A stretch of 63,971 bases of DNA, the filler included, from Olpidium bornovanus S191 (Eukaryota; Fungi; Olpidiomycota): the NCBI GenBank assembly GCA_017911155.1. It is 31 parts of 31 records of this genome, joined end to end, with 100 filler letters (N's around TTAATTAATTAA, not from the genome) between each part and the next. Parts side by side here need not be neighbours in the genome. Positions count along the whole stretch, not along the records: positions 21,283 to 24,877 come from JAEFCI010012528.1; positions 24,978 to 26,567 come from JAEFCI010004619.1; positions 26,668 to 28,122 come from JAEFCI010013097.1; positions 28,223 to 30,059 come from JAEFCI010007512.1; positions 30,160 to 31,952 come from JAEFCI010008133.1; positions 32,053 to 34,210 come from JAEFCI010002809.1; positions 34,311 to 38,102 come from JAEFCI010000573.1; 24 more parts are not named here. One strand, written 5' to 3'. The position numbers and the translations under genes are program-made. Below the pieces are notes generated by a model. That model had not been told where the DNA came from. It saw nothing but the letters and a program-made list of their open reading frames with translations, and did not search any database. Below, in pieces: positions 23,446-36,090 of the stretch. Every line of letters begins with the position of its first letter. Position 1 is the stretch's first letter.

Positions 23446-25299
23446 ATCACGGCGGGCAAAACGAGGTTTATGTATTACTTTTCCTTTTTTTGGTTGTTGT
23501 TTAACAGGTAGCTTCCGAGCCGTTTCTGTGGCGACGAGCACCTGGTTGACGTTAGTCTCTTTGCGGCCCATTAGGCCTAGCGCCAAACTCAGATGCAGTT
23601 CGGGGAGAGAAATATACGAATAACATACGGGGAAGACCCCCTGATTATTTGTTATGGTAGACTCCCGCTCCCAACGAGCTCATCCCTGTGAAACACGTCC
23701 CGTGATGATTGTCGGGACACCAATTTCTAGGAGTTGTGAGGTCGATTGCGTTGTTTCACGAATAATGAATACGCAAACGGGGAAAAAGGACGAAACCCCT
23801 CGGTCAAAGGCCAGATTTCGCGCGCGTGGAATCGCGCCGCAAGTTACGCTGGCGTAGTTTTGCGAATGGTCGGGGGCCACCCCGGTCCGTCCCTGCCGGC
23901 GTGAGAGAAAGTGAGAGAGAGTGTGTGTGCGTGTGTGTGCGCTTGCAGACGGGTACATCGAGCCCACTCGGGCCTCGGAAGTTGCCGCCTTCTCCCCCCC
24001 CCCCCTCCCCCCACCACACCCCGGTGATCCGGCAGGGCTCGGCGCCGCAGCTTTTGTCCCCGCCCCGAATACTTTCCCGGCGTTCGCCCCCGGGCGGCCG
24101 TTTCGAGCGCCGACACGCGCGATCGGCGGCGCGCGCGAGTTCAGCAAAAAAAGAAAGACATTGGGCCAACGGCGCAGTTGGCCGCCATCCGCAGAAACAT
24201 CTTACGCCGCTTCGCGCACGCGCGCGAACTTGCACCTTTTTCCTTTCCATAATTCCCGGGATTGTCGGGACGGCGGAGCGCGCGTGGTCATCCTCCGGTA
24301 AATTCGTCGCGCGATGACACCTGCCGGGCCAGCCCTGACGCAAACGGTTCCGCTCGAAACTGTGTTACGAGGACACCGGCGGCGCGTTCGAGTTTCCCGA
24401 AGAGCCCGCACGCGGCCGCCGGAAAAGAATAATAACATAAAAAAAAAGATAAAACCCGCGAGGCTTACTTCCGCAACACCCGCTGTTCCTTTTCATGCCG
24501 AAACATCAGGAAAACACACCGTTCTAAGCTGCCTTTTGTACCCGGTCACGCGAACTTGCCGACACAAAATTCTCTCGTACCTTTGAAAGTTAAGTCAAAA
24601 AGAAACAAACAAACAAACGACAAATGCAGCAAACAGAGATTTCCAAAAGGTCGCCGAATCCAAAAAAAAAAAGCGTTCACCTCCTCCTGTGATATCGGGC
24701 ATGTTCTCAGAAGCAAATAAAAACATACGTAAGTATCTGCACGGAGACAAAAGTAATTAAAGGAAACATTATTTTACTGCGGTTGGTATGGGCCATGTGG
24801 TTAATGGAATATACGCGATAGATTTGATGTCCGTACACTCCGAAATCAAAGCGTCGCGAATATGCCCGCACGGCATANNNNNNNNNNNNNNNNNNNNNNN
24901 NNNNNNNNNNNNNNNNNNNNNTTAATTAATTAANNNNNNNNNNNNNNNNNNNNNNNNNNNNNNNNNNNNNNNNNNNNCCCAGCCATAACTTAGGAGGGGA
25001 TATAACTTTCGAGAGGTATGACATCTTTGATATAATCAAATCAAAAAGTCGCAGCATGCTGTGGCATCACATGGAGAATACCTGTATTATACATAACAAT
25101 CCTGTATAATATATATTCCTGTATAATAACCAAAGCAGGACAAAACCTTTTGGAAAATGTAAACAAATGACAAAGCATTTGAAGAGGTCAAAACATCAAA
25201 ATTTGGGGGCTCCCAAGGGTATAAAAAGGGTGCTAAAATCCCCATTTCCCCTTCTTTTTTCACCACACAACAGCCCAACACATCCCCCATCAATTCATC

Positions 25300-25775
25300 A
25301 TGTCTCAACACAGATTTTCGGTCGAGCAGAAGCTTCGGACCTGCAAACACCACACTACCACGCATCCCCGCATCTCCCAAACCATTCTTGCCCAATGGGC
25401 ACAAAAAGAATTTAAACTTCTAAAAGCTCCGTCGCAAGCTGCCATCAGCAAAATCCTGAAGAACTCCAAGCAGTATGAAGGTAAGAACCCTGATTTGAAG
25501 CGTAGCGCTACGGTGACTTACCCCTCTCTTGAAAAAGCTCTTGTCCTTTGGATTTCACAGTGTCAAGCGCATAACATTGCCGTCACAAGCAAACTCATCA
25601 AGAAAAAAGCTCACAAGTATGCTCGTGAACTCGAGCAGATCACCAACCCTGATCATCTAAAATTTTCAAATGGTTGGCTGCACTGACTCCAACAATGACA
25701 CAGGCTGCGTTTTTTTCGAATCTCCGGTGAGCGTTTTGGCTGATCAGGATGCCATCGATCGTGCCCTTGTTGGGG
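25300..25775 (+). pseudogene. pogo/Tigger (CENP-B-type) transposase N-terminal HTH domains, inactivated
   Basis: HTH_psq-like LAQWAQKEF..PSQAAISKILK, Tc5 HTH YPSLEKALVLWI...LIKKKA and KFSNGWL. These are followed by in-frame TGA at 25684 and 25696 and a frameshift after ISGE. The region is AT-richer than the genes. Confidence 0.88.
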
Positions 25776-27589
25776 GCGAGAGGGGGGTGTGTGGAACCTG
25801 GGTGGAATCCGGGCAGAGCCGGGGTCCCACCCGGACCATAGGTCATTTACCACCCCGGAGGCCAACACAGCCCCGGAGGCCACCACCCCGGGGCCAACAC
25901 AGTCCCGAGGGACCCACTGGGTCCGCCCTTGTGCTGTAGCACAGCCCTCGAACCGCTGTCCTTGACCGACGCCACGACGGGCGAAGGGCGGCGGGCGAGG
26001 GGCGGGGTCAGAAACGATTTCGCTCTGTCGCCCGCGGCCGAGCAGTGGGCGAGCCCTGCCTTAGACAAAAAACCCCCCCCCTAACAACAACAGAGCACTC
26101 CGTCACTTTTCCTTGCGCATAAACCTCCCGGAAGAATAATAAACAAAGGGTTTGAGCCCACCCGCCTTCGACTCCCTTGCGACCACGGCGCTTACGAACG
26201 GCGTCGGCGCGCTCCCTGGAACGAGGCGGAGGCAGCAAAGAGAGGAGAAGTAGGGAAGAGTCGGAAGAGCCGAGCACCGTGCCCCTCTTCGAAGGGTCCA
26301 CCGAAGGGAGTTGGTCGGCACGGACGCTGGAGGGCGCGGTAGGGCGTTTCAGAGGGGAGAGAGGTACGTCCTGCACACCGTCGCATCCCCCGCAGCAAGG
26401 GCCCTAGCCATCCCGCCCTCCTGCAACCCCTCGAGGAAGGGTTATATTCCCCGACAACTGGTGCTCCCGGGCAGGATCGGTGGGGCGGGCGAAGCGAGCG
26501 CGTCAAAGCAGGACGTGCAGATCGGGATGGAGGAACTATACCTACTTGCCGCGCAGATGCGCGCGGCNNNNNNNNNNNNNNNNNNNNNNNNNNNNNNNNN
26601 NNNNNNNNNNNTTAATTAATTAANNNNNNNNNNNNNNNNNNNNNNNNNNNNNNNNNNNNNNNNNNNNCGGGGAGGGCCGCCGAGCCCTCGCAAAGGCGCG
26701 ATTACGGATAATCTGCTCAAGCTTCCGTGAAATTCTCGCCTGTTCCCGATGCTGTTCCTCTCACATTGCGATCGTGTCGCCACCCATGTAAACATGCATT
26801 TATATCCATCTCACGGCTGTTCGTGTTCGCCTCGTTGCTCAAGGCGAAAAACGTCTCAGTTTTTTCGTGGAAGAGATTTGGCGGGTCGCCCGCTGGTGCC
26901 GTGTTCCCCAAAAACAAACAGCTCCTTTCTGAATTCCTTCGGCCGTTTTGCTGTCGGGCGGAGCCGGCGGCCGGCAAAGCAGAAAAAATGAATTCTAGAA
27001 GAAAGCGGCCTTCGCGGGCCATTATGGGCCGATATAAAGACCATGGAAAAACAGGGACGGTGTAGATTGTCAATAAAAGTTACCGTAATCCGCCGCTCAG
27101 CCGCCCGGGCAGAGAAACAATAAAGTGATGTCAGATGATGCGTAGAGTAATTTATGTGGGTTGGATCGATTCATGGACAAGCGGGCGGGCGCTCAGTTCG
27201 TCGGACGGGGTTCGGTTCGCCGCCGAGGCGAAAAGAGCTGCAGTTTGCCGTGGCATTTGTCAAGATCAGCCAAGAGACGGAGCCGGGCGAATGCGACGGC
27301 AAACCGAGATGTGTTGGCAGACAAGCCCGTCCACTTACAAGCCGTTAAAGCCCGCTATTCTTCCGCGGCGGCGGCCGCGGTGGCGCCTTCGCCGAACCGG
27401 TCCGGTGCAGGACTCGGCGTTGCGGTCAACGCGGGAGCCGTTGGCCTGTATCAGCACGGCCGCGTAATAATAAAAAAAAAATTAAAAAAAGGACGGCCGC
27501 CTGTCACGCGAGGCGCGCGGGACGGGTGGTTTTTGCGCAAAAGCCGACGGAGGCCCGACCGATCTTAAAAAAAAAGAATAACAACCACG

Positions 27590-28109
27590 GCGCGCACCTC
27601 TCGGCTCGAACCGCCTCTTCAAGTATCCGAGCGAGCGGCAATCCGCCGCGCGGTTCCCGGGCCGCTTTCCCTCCGGGAGGTCGGTCTCGCGGCGGCCCCG
27701 GGCCGGGGCGGACGTTCTCCTCGCCGCCCGGGGCCGCGATTTGGGGGGGTCGTCCGGCGGCGCCGTCGCCGTCCCGCGGCTCGTCGTCGTCCGAAGGCGG
27801 CCCGGCCGCGTCGCGCGCGCTGTCCGGCGGGGGCAGCGCCGGCCGCTGCTGATGCCGCTGCTGCTGCTGCTGCTGCTGCCGCTGCGCACCGCCGCCCTTC
27901 CCAGCCGCGGCCAGCGCCTGGACCTGCCTCTTGAGCTGGTTCATGGACGGAAGGAAAAAGAAGACGTTCCGCGACAGGTCGAAGCGCACGCGGCGCTGCC
28001 CGTCGCCGGCCCGCCTCCCCGCCGGCGGCGAGGCCTGCTCCCCGGCTCCCGCGGAGTCGGCCTTGCCGGCCCTGCTCCCGGCGGCGACGGCGCCGGATGG
28101 AGGACGTGT
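27590..28109 (-). CDS. Low-complexity hypothetical exon with RVRF motif and poly-Q
   Basis: Open frame after a TTCTAG acceptor: ...GQRRVRFDLSRNVFFFLPSMNQLKRQ...QQQQQQQ.... Confidence 0.3.
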
Positions 28110-28222
28110 CTAGAAGCGAGAGNNNNNNNNNNNNNNNNNNNNNNNNNNNNNNNNNNNNNNNNNNNNTTAATTAATTAANNNNNNNNNNNNNNNNNNNNNN
28201 NNNNNNNNNNNNNNNNNNNNNN

Positions 28223-29185
28223 CATGCCATTGGTCGCGAATTGTCGCGGCCATTGCTTTCGTGACGCAAAGGTGCGCGTGTGCGTCGCGTCCAAACCGGC
28301 CTTCAAACCTTGCGGGAACGCATTAATGTCTGCGTATGATTCGTCAGGCGAAACGACGAAAAAAGGGGAAAACCTCGAAAATCCAAGCGGACGCGCGCGC
28401 AAACACGTTGATAACGGTGACCACTTCTTTACCATCTGGCAAACCGGACCGCGGGGGGATTGTGGCCGAGCTTGAGTCCGAGGATGGTGTAGCCGAAGTT
28501 GTGCCAGTCGATCACCAGCCGACTGCCGCGGATGGAACACACCAGTTGCGCGACGAGAAGCGTAGGAATGCTCGGTGGGTTCTGCAGAATCATTTGGGCG
28601 CAGCTGTCAATATGAGCTGCGCGTTGCGGCAGTCCCCGGGTAATTCCCCGAATCACTCGAACTCGGGTGGTGAAACTCGACGCACTTGGACAACGAGATA
28701 GTCCACTTGCGGCACACTGCGCAGAAGTATCCATAACAAAACGAACGACTGGAACAAGGCTTTAAAGGGCGCGTATACAAGAAAAAGCGGCTTCGGCGAC
28801 CTGGCAGGGAAAGGCCACGGTGTGGCGATGTACCGCAGCGTTATGTTATGGGCGTTCCTGATCTCCTTACGAGGCTCGGCACCTGCCGTTGCGACTAGGT
28901 AAGTGGCCAGGAGGGCTAACCAGGAACACCCGAAAGATCCTTTTTTTTTTGCGGAGCGTCGCTGGAACAAAAAAAATGACCCTCCCCCAGGCCCGGCGCA
29001 CCTTTGTAGCCCACAAAGTCGACCCGGACGCCTGGGAGTCCAGCTAGCGAGATGGCGTGGTATTGCATGCGCGGCGACCGGCCCACGTCGCCTAGGACAA
29101 GGACGCACACGGCTGTCTGCTTTGGCGCGCCGCTCCCTCGGACGGCGTCGCCGCAAGCAACGGCGGAAGAACGCACGGCGTCCAT
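28223..29185 (-). CDS. ALG1: Beta-1,4-mannosyltransferase ALG1, 3' partial
   Basis: [40 protein letters not shown], and across intron 28309-28432 W|[19 protein letters not shown]. Confidence 0.95.
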
Positions 29186-29940
29186 TTTTTTTTCCCGCCC
29201 GCTGGGCTCTCGGGGCTGGGCGGGGCACGGGCGAGCGGGCTGCAAGAGGCGCTCGAGGACCCAAAAAGGCCAACCTTCAAAGAAAAAAAAGAAAAAGATG
29301 GAATCTGGGGGGTCCGATGCCCCCTTTTTTTTTTTTTTTTTAATCGCGGGCTCGTTATTTCTTTCGAGCGGCGGAAGTTACTGCGCCGACGCGCCGGGAT
29401 TCTTCGCTTCGAGCGGCGAACTGCCGGGCCAGCGACGCTTTTTTTTTTCGCAACCGAGTGCTAGCGACGGGAGTGTCTCCCTAGACCGGCGCCTTTGCCT
29501 GCCGGTTCGTTGCCGCGGTCTCTTAAGAGTGTTTGCGCAGGGGAGTCTGCCACACCTCGCGGCCAAAATGCGAATTGCGCGTGCTTACTGACACGGAAGC
29601 CGCGCTCGAGTGCAGAGGAGCCGAGACCCGGCCGCCCGACGGCCGGAATAAGCAATATATATTATATACATATATATATGATTCTTTTTCGGCGGACGGG
29701 CGTTCGGGGCGACAATGTCCCGACAGCAAATCTGCTGCGTTCACATCGACGTGCGAAACGGAGCTTGATATTTCCGCGGAGATCGGCCGCAAGCCCCTTT
29801 CCTTCCGCCCCCCCTCCCCCCCCCCGCAGAGCAGCGGTTTTCTTTTTTGCGCTGGGCGCGACGTGGCGAAAAGGAAGTGGGGGCCTGTCAAACTCTTTTT
29901 TTGCGCGCCGCGCTCTCTTTATCCTGCGCTTGGGGAGGGC

Positions 29941-29984
<44 letters not shown>

Positions 29985-30013
29985 TCCCCCGGGGGGGGAA
30001 AAAAAGAGCCCCG

Positions 30014-30048
<35 letters not shown>

Positions 30049-30160
30049 TTTTCCCCCGCNNNNNNNNNNNNNNNNNNNNNNNNNNNNNNNNNNNNNNNNN
30101 NNNTTAATTAATTAANNNNNNNNNNNNNNNNNNNNNNNNNNNNNNNNNNNNNNNNNNNNC

Positions 30161-31951
30161 ATGCCCTCTCGCAAACGCGACAACTCGTTCCCGGCCCTTG
30201 ACTGGCAGAGGCACGCGGCCCGCAGGATGATCTCGCATTTCTTAAACCTCGCGGGGTGGATCTCGTCCCGCATCCTCCTCGCGCGGTACTCCAACGTGCC
30301 GGTTTGCAACATCGAGGGTGACTCGCCGATTTTCTTGGCGGACATCCTCTTCGCTCGGAGGCTCAAAAGCCAGAACTTCCTCCTCTGGTGGTCGCCCACT
30401 TCGAAGCCGGACCTGGGGGGAAGAGAAGAGGACGAGAACCGCAACTTCGTAGGCGAACTGTCGAATCCGGAGCTCAACTATCCCGGATCGTACAGCAAGG
30501 TCTGCTTGGAGATGGACGTGCTGAATCTTGCGGTAAACACCGTTTTAGCGTCCAGCCTGGTCAACGATCTGGAGGGCAGCGTCGGGACGCTCGGGTTCGA
30601 TCCGGCGACCCGGACCATCGATTCACAGTTCAGCAGCCAGAAGCCTGCCCAGCAGCAGGCCGCAGGTTCGTTCTTCGATGCGCCCGACGCAGGCGACCGG
30701 AGCGGTTTGGCCGCGTCTTTCAACCTGCTGAAGACGATGGTGAGGTGTTGGGTGGAAGAGTACGCAGCGACTCGGAACCGCCACGCGGAGATGATGGTGG
30801 ACCACTTCTACCGCTGGCTGACAAGCTCGGCCAGCAACATGCACGACCCCGTGCTCCACGCGACGGTGCACGGCCTGATGCGGAAGGTGTTCATGCAGCT
30901 GGTCGCGGAGTTCAAACGTCTCGGCTCGCAAATCGTTTACGCCAACTTCAACAAGATAATCCTCGTCACGTCGAAGGACTCCATCCACAACGCTCGTGCG
31001 TACGGCAGCTACGTCCTCCGAGCGATCACGAAGAAGCCCCTGTACCAGCTCATGGAACTGGTTCCCCTGCACTACTGGGAACGGCTGCTCTGGATGGACT
31101 GCGCAAATTTTGGAGGAGTCGTGGCCGGCGATGAAGCCGAGACCGCAGACGGCCAGCAGCGGACCCCGCAGATTGAGATGCAGTGGAACATCAAAGATTA
31201 TCTGCCGCCTGCGACTCACCAGAGCTTCCAGATTATAATTGCCGAATTTATCCACGAGACGCACAAGCACCGGATGTCGCGCGCGAGCGGCAGCCTCGGC
31301 CGCTCCCGCGCTCAGAACGCCTCTCAGGCGGCGGCGCCGGACGCCGACACGGCGTTCTGCCAAGCGCTCGTCGGGCAGACGCTCACGCGGAAGCTCCTCC
31401 GCATCGTGCCGGAGATGTACAAGACGCAGACGGGCTTCTACGGGATGAGCGCGGAGACGCGCGCGGCGTTCGAGTTCCCGCGGCTCCCGGGCTCCCACCT
31501 GGACCTCAGCAACCCGGTCCTGGAGTTCGTCAAGTCGGTCTGCGCCGTGCTCGCGCTCGAGGCGCGGGCGGAGCGCGAAGTGCGCGTGCTGCGGCGGAAC
31601 CTCCTGGACCTCGTCGGGGTGCGCGAGTTTTCGGACGAGGCGCAGTTCCGCAATCCGTGCCAGTCGTTCAGGCTGGACCGGGTGATCTGCGCGTACTGCA
31701 ACTACTGCCGCGACCTGGATTTCTGTCGGGACCCGGACCTGATGCCCCTTCCGGGCGACCGGGAGCGCGGGACGGGGGCCGCCCCCGCCGCCGCCGCCGC
31801 AGCCGCAGCCGCAGCCGCCAGGCCGTGGCAATGTCCGGCCTGCCGGACCGAATACGACCGCGGGGCGATCGAGGAGCTTCTCATCGGCGCGGTGAGCCGG
31901 CACCTCCTGGCTTTCCAACTGCAAGACCTCACGTGCCAGAAGTGCCGGCTG
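30161..31951 (+). CDS. POL2: DNA polymerase epsilon catalytic subunit, C-terminal part (DUF1744 plus CysA/CysB zinc fingers), partial
   Basis: KVFMQLVAEFKRLGSQIVYANFNKIILVTSK, CAYCNYCRDLDFCRD, CPACRTEYD, FQLQDLTCQKC. Confidence 0.97.
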
Positions 31952-33594
31952 GNNNNNNNNNNNNNNNNNNNNNNNNNNNNNNNNNNNNNNNNNNNNTTAA
32001 TTAATTAANNNNNNNNNNNNNNNNNNNNNNNNNNNNNNNNNNNNNNNNNNNNCCTCGAGCCGTAACGTGCCCAATGTCCAGGTTCACTACGCGCTCGTAG
32101 TCATCGACGATTTCGTTACAGAACGATCTTACGAGGAGGAAGACCGACGTCGACTTGGGCAGTAGCACATTCCCACCTCAGCATGCCGAACGGGAGGCTG
32201 TCGACATATTGGCCTGCAGAAAGCCGCCAGCGCATACGGAGCGGAAAAAACTTGGGAGTGCCAGCCCACCTGTGAGAAAGGCAGCTGCACACGGAGCGCC
32301 GATAAGAGCAGGTTCGGGGTAAAACTAGTTTTAGTTACGTATCGTGGGTTTTGACGGTGGGTCTGTTCGTCTCCGTGCTGATGATCTGACTGACGTCCGG
32401 GAAGACGGTCTTCGTGCTTCGCCTGTGTCTGAGCCCATCCAACATTTCGAGTTCACGAGGAGCGCCGCCAAAGACTGCGGCGGTGCGTCGACACCTGGAG
32501 GTTGTCCCCAACGCTACAGGCGGTCGGGTTTTTTGGAGGTTCTGGAGAGGACCAGTAACGGGCGGCGCGCTTCGGCCCCGTATACGCGTTTCCGACCGCG
32601 CCCGCGCGTGCTCGCCCCACTCCACGCTGGCAAAACCCAGAGCCGCCTGCGCGGTCCACCGCGAGCGCGCTTTCGCGGAACAGCGCACAGGTGAGCAACT
32701 GCCGAGCGCGGCGAAACCGCGTGGATACGAAAAGCGCAGGTGCTGAGCCGCGCCGTGGTGTGCTGAGAGTTTCAAACGCGCGTTACTCAGCCCTTGCCCC
32801 CTGCCGCGTATGCCGCCTCCGCCAGCTGTTTTCCAGACAGGCACTCTTAGATGTCCTGCCGACTCGCTTGACCCGCCGGACACTACGTAGTCCGGCAAAC
32901 GGTCTTCCCGAAAGTACCCATTCGAAGCGCGGTGAGCTCTTCCTGGCATGGCAGCGGCGTTCTTCCTCTCCGCGGGGGGTCCGAGACAGGCGCCGCCGTA
33001 CAGCATCGCCGGCCACATCGCGCAAGCAGCCGGAGGTCATGTGGAGGCGGTGCTCGGCGAATTCGGCGAAGCGTTCGAAAAGGTGCTGGAATTCGTCAGC
33101 GCAGTACTGTCGGACAAAGAATCTACGAGGCTCGTCCGCGAGCGCGCGGTGCATCCTTTTCAAGGTGGAGGAGAACGTAAGGACCACGTCGCTGATCTAC
33201 AGCGGAGTGCCGCCGCCGTGCGTGGCCACATGCTTTTGAGGAAATCCGAGAAAAGTGCTGGGCTTCGGAGAGAAAGCCGTCTCACCAAGCGTGAGGTGAA
33301 CGGTCTGGGTGGGTTAACCGGCATCGAATTTCTGTTGCAGTTCCTCTCGTCGCACTTTAACGTCCGAACAACGCTCGCTTGCAGACGCAGAATGCAACTC
33401 TGTTGGAAGGTTGTACGAACTTTTGACTGTCGGGCCACTGGTAAGCTCCAGAAGGCGACCAGATGAAGATTGTCCAGAAATGACCTCGAATTATGGATTC
33501 CGTTGTGCTAAACGTTTTTTCACACGATAGCGAATTTGTGCAGGTGCTGTCATACCCGTCTCAGAACACCGTGCATTGTATGATACGTGGCCAG

Positions 33595-34057
33595 CCTGCG
33601 AGAGTTGTTCTACGAGCAACGACGAGGAGTCGCTGGCTTGCCAATCGAAGTGCTGCAGCGCAGTGGATACGGTGAGCGGCAAACGCTTGTGATCGGGACG
33701 GACCGTGCAAAGTACGGTACACAAAGCGCAGACTCGCAAAGCATTCGGTCTTCGACTGACCGACGCCTCCTCCAGATAGGGGCCTCGGCGATTTGTAGAT
33801 GCCCCGCGGATTACTCTGGATACATGTGCGAGACGAAACGGCCGTGGTCGTGCGCCCTCGAGCTCCTCTCGCCCGATCTGCGCTGCTCGTCGCCCACCGC
33901 CCCGATCCAAATCGACACGTACGGCGACTCGACGTGCTTCAAGTTCCTGAGGCGAGACGAGAACGCGAAGCTCGCTTTCCGCGCGTCCTGCGTTACTGCG
34001 GGAACGATGATGGACACGGGAGACTCGCAGTTTGCTTATTACTTGAAGACCGATAAG
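33595..34057 (+). CDS. Cysteine-rich protein fragment with an EGF-like motif
   Basis: Intron 33672-33775 joins ACESCSTSNDEESLACQSKCCSAVDT|IGASAICRCPADYSGYMCET, which contains the CxC-x5-G-x2-C EGF end. The exon ends at a donor at 34058. Confidence 0.55.
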
Positions 34058-35734
34058 GTCAGCGGGCCGCCCCGAATTTCGGTGCCTAATCATGCCCGGC
34101 GGGCCGAATTGGACAGACACGTCTCGCTTTGTTTCTCCTTGACCTCTCGGACCGGGGAACCGCTGATTTGGATCTCCGGCGAACGGGAACGCAGTTAGCG
34201 CTGAGCGAGGNNNNNNNNNNNNNNNNNNNNNNNNNNNNNNNNNNNNNNNNNNNNTTAATTAATTAANNNNNNNNNNNNNNNNNNNNNNNNNNNNNNNNNN
34301 NNNNNNNNNNCATGGACGCGTCGCCGCCTGGCGAGAAAAAAAAAACCCGCCCGACCGCCGCCCAGCGAAGCTAAATATCAGCGACCGCGGCGCAAATTCC
34401 CTGCAGCAATTTGCAACGCGCGGGCGCCAGGCTGCCGAGGACTCACAGGGGGCCTGGCTGACGTACATGTGGAACGTGGCCGGCGGACTAGCCGTCCACC
34501 GGAGACCTGCCGCGGCCAGTTCGGCCCCCGCGACCCCTGGCGCGTCGAAATCGAACAGTTCGCCGGTTCCCCGTCCTTCCAGCGTGAGCTCGAGCTGGTG
34601 GAGGAGGTGGCTTCGGAACGCGGCGGCGAAGGAAAAAAAAACAACGGCCGGGGGTTTTAAAATCAGGTGATACAGAAAGCCCCGTTGCGCACCTTCGACG
34701 GACGCGATTATAAGACGGCGCCGTGCGTGGGGAAAAGCGCGAGCCATAACCGACCGGACGAGCGCTCGCCGCGCCAGAACTTCCGCATGGCTGTCGTTGA
34801 CCACGTCGCCGGCAAAGCCGAGCTTGCTCTCGGGGAGGCACTTCAGGCCTGCGCTGGAGAAACCGCGGGAAAGAGGGTGTGGGGGAAGCGAGGCGTCGGT
34901 GCCACGAGCGAGGGCGAAGAAATGCTCCGCCTGAAGGTCAACGCGTATTCGCCGCCTCCGACAGCGGCGGAGCGAGCCTCACCCGAGCGCAACGCAACGG
35001 ATGGTGTACTCCTTCTTCGCCTCGCCTGCACAGAGACCAGATGGAAAGAAAAAAAACAAGCGGGGGGATAATGTGTCGGTCAGAGTCGGTTTACGATGCT
35101 TTTTCTTTCTTTTGTTGGTGCAAATGCCCCCGCGTCCCGGACAAAAAGCACAACTCTGCCGGACGAGACTTCACACTTGTGACGCGGACGACGGCGATCC
35201 CGGCCAGCACGGTCCACTCCTTCTTCTTTCCCCGCAGGGCGGGCTTTCCCTGTTTGGGCAGGGCCCTCCACCGCGCGAGGCACTCCGCGGCGAGCCGGTC
35301 CGCAAACGCCGGATCGTCCGCCTCCGGCCGGAAGGAGGCGGAGCGGCTCGCGGGGCGCTCCGACATCTCCTCCGCGAGAGGTTCCAGCCGGTTTCGCGGT
35401 TTCCTCCGCGTATTTTTTTTTTCTTGGATTTTGCTTAGGCGGGAAGGGCGGCTCTCTCTCCCCGGGAACTTTTCTGGCCGAAAGAGGTCGAAAACGCGGC
35501 GTTGAACACGGAGCAAACCACTGTTGCCGCTGGAGGCAAAGCCTGGCCTCCGCCCGCCCCTTTGCCGGAACGGTTGGCCGGCGTCGCTGCCGACCGAGTC
35601 CGACACCGCGCCGCTCTCCAGGTGCGCAATTGAGCCAGGCACGGATGTATAATGCCAAACGCGCGCCAGTACAATTCCGTAGAAAAGAACATGTGCGCCT
35701 CAAGCGCCAAGGCCTCCAAACAGCACGAAGAAAA

Positions 35735-36090
35735 ACTGCTGTACCGAAAATGCGTAGCTTCTTTTAATGGCCCCTTCGAGATCACAGATAAAGACGAAGA
35801 AACGGGACAACTACAGGCTGCATCTACCCCCCACCCTCTGCACCCACGCGGTCTTCCACGCCTCCTTACTCCGTCGCTATGTGGAGCCGGGGAGAAGGAA
35901 GGAAAATCAGCCGTCCGCCGGCGGATTGATGACCTAGAACACGACGTAAAGAAGATTGTGGCATCACGGAAAACGATGCGGAAAACAACAATGCCTTGTC
36001 CGCCGGCTCGGATACGACGAGTCAGAAGCCACGTGGAAAGACGAAGAAGCGCTAAATCAATGCAAAAACACACAGGCAAGTAAATGGGCC
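35735..36090 (+). mobile_element. Degenerate chromoviral Ty3/Gypsy integrase C-terminus plus chromodomain
   Basis: Across frameshifts: FNGPFEI (GPY/F motif), NYRLHLPPTLCTHAVFHASLLRRY, HDVKKIVASR, QCLVRRLGYDESEATWKDEEAL. Confidence 0.85.

Noticed and set aside
24690-24877. Possible exon followed by 8-nt and 6-nt micro-exons on the minus strand
   Set aside because: Splice sites are plausible, but there is no protein homology to anchor them.
32783-33466. Overlapping opposite-strand ORFs of 134-172 aa
   Set aside because: Probably one is a real exon, but neither strand nor product can be supported.
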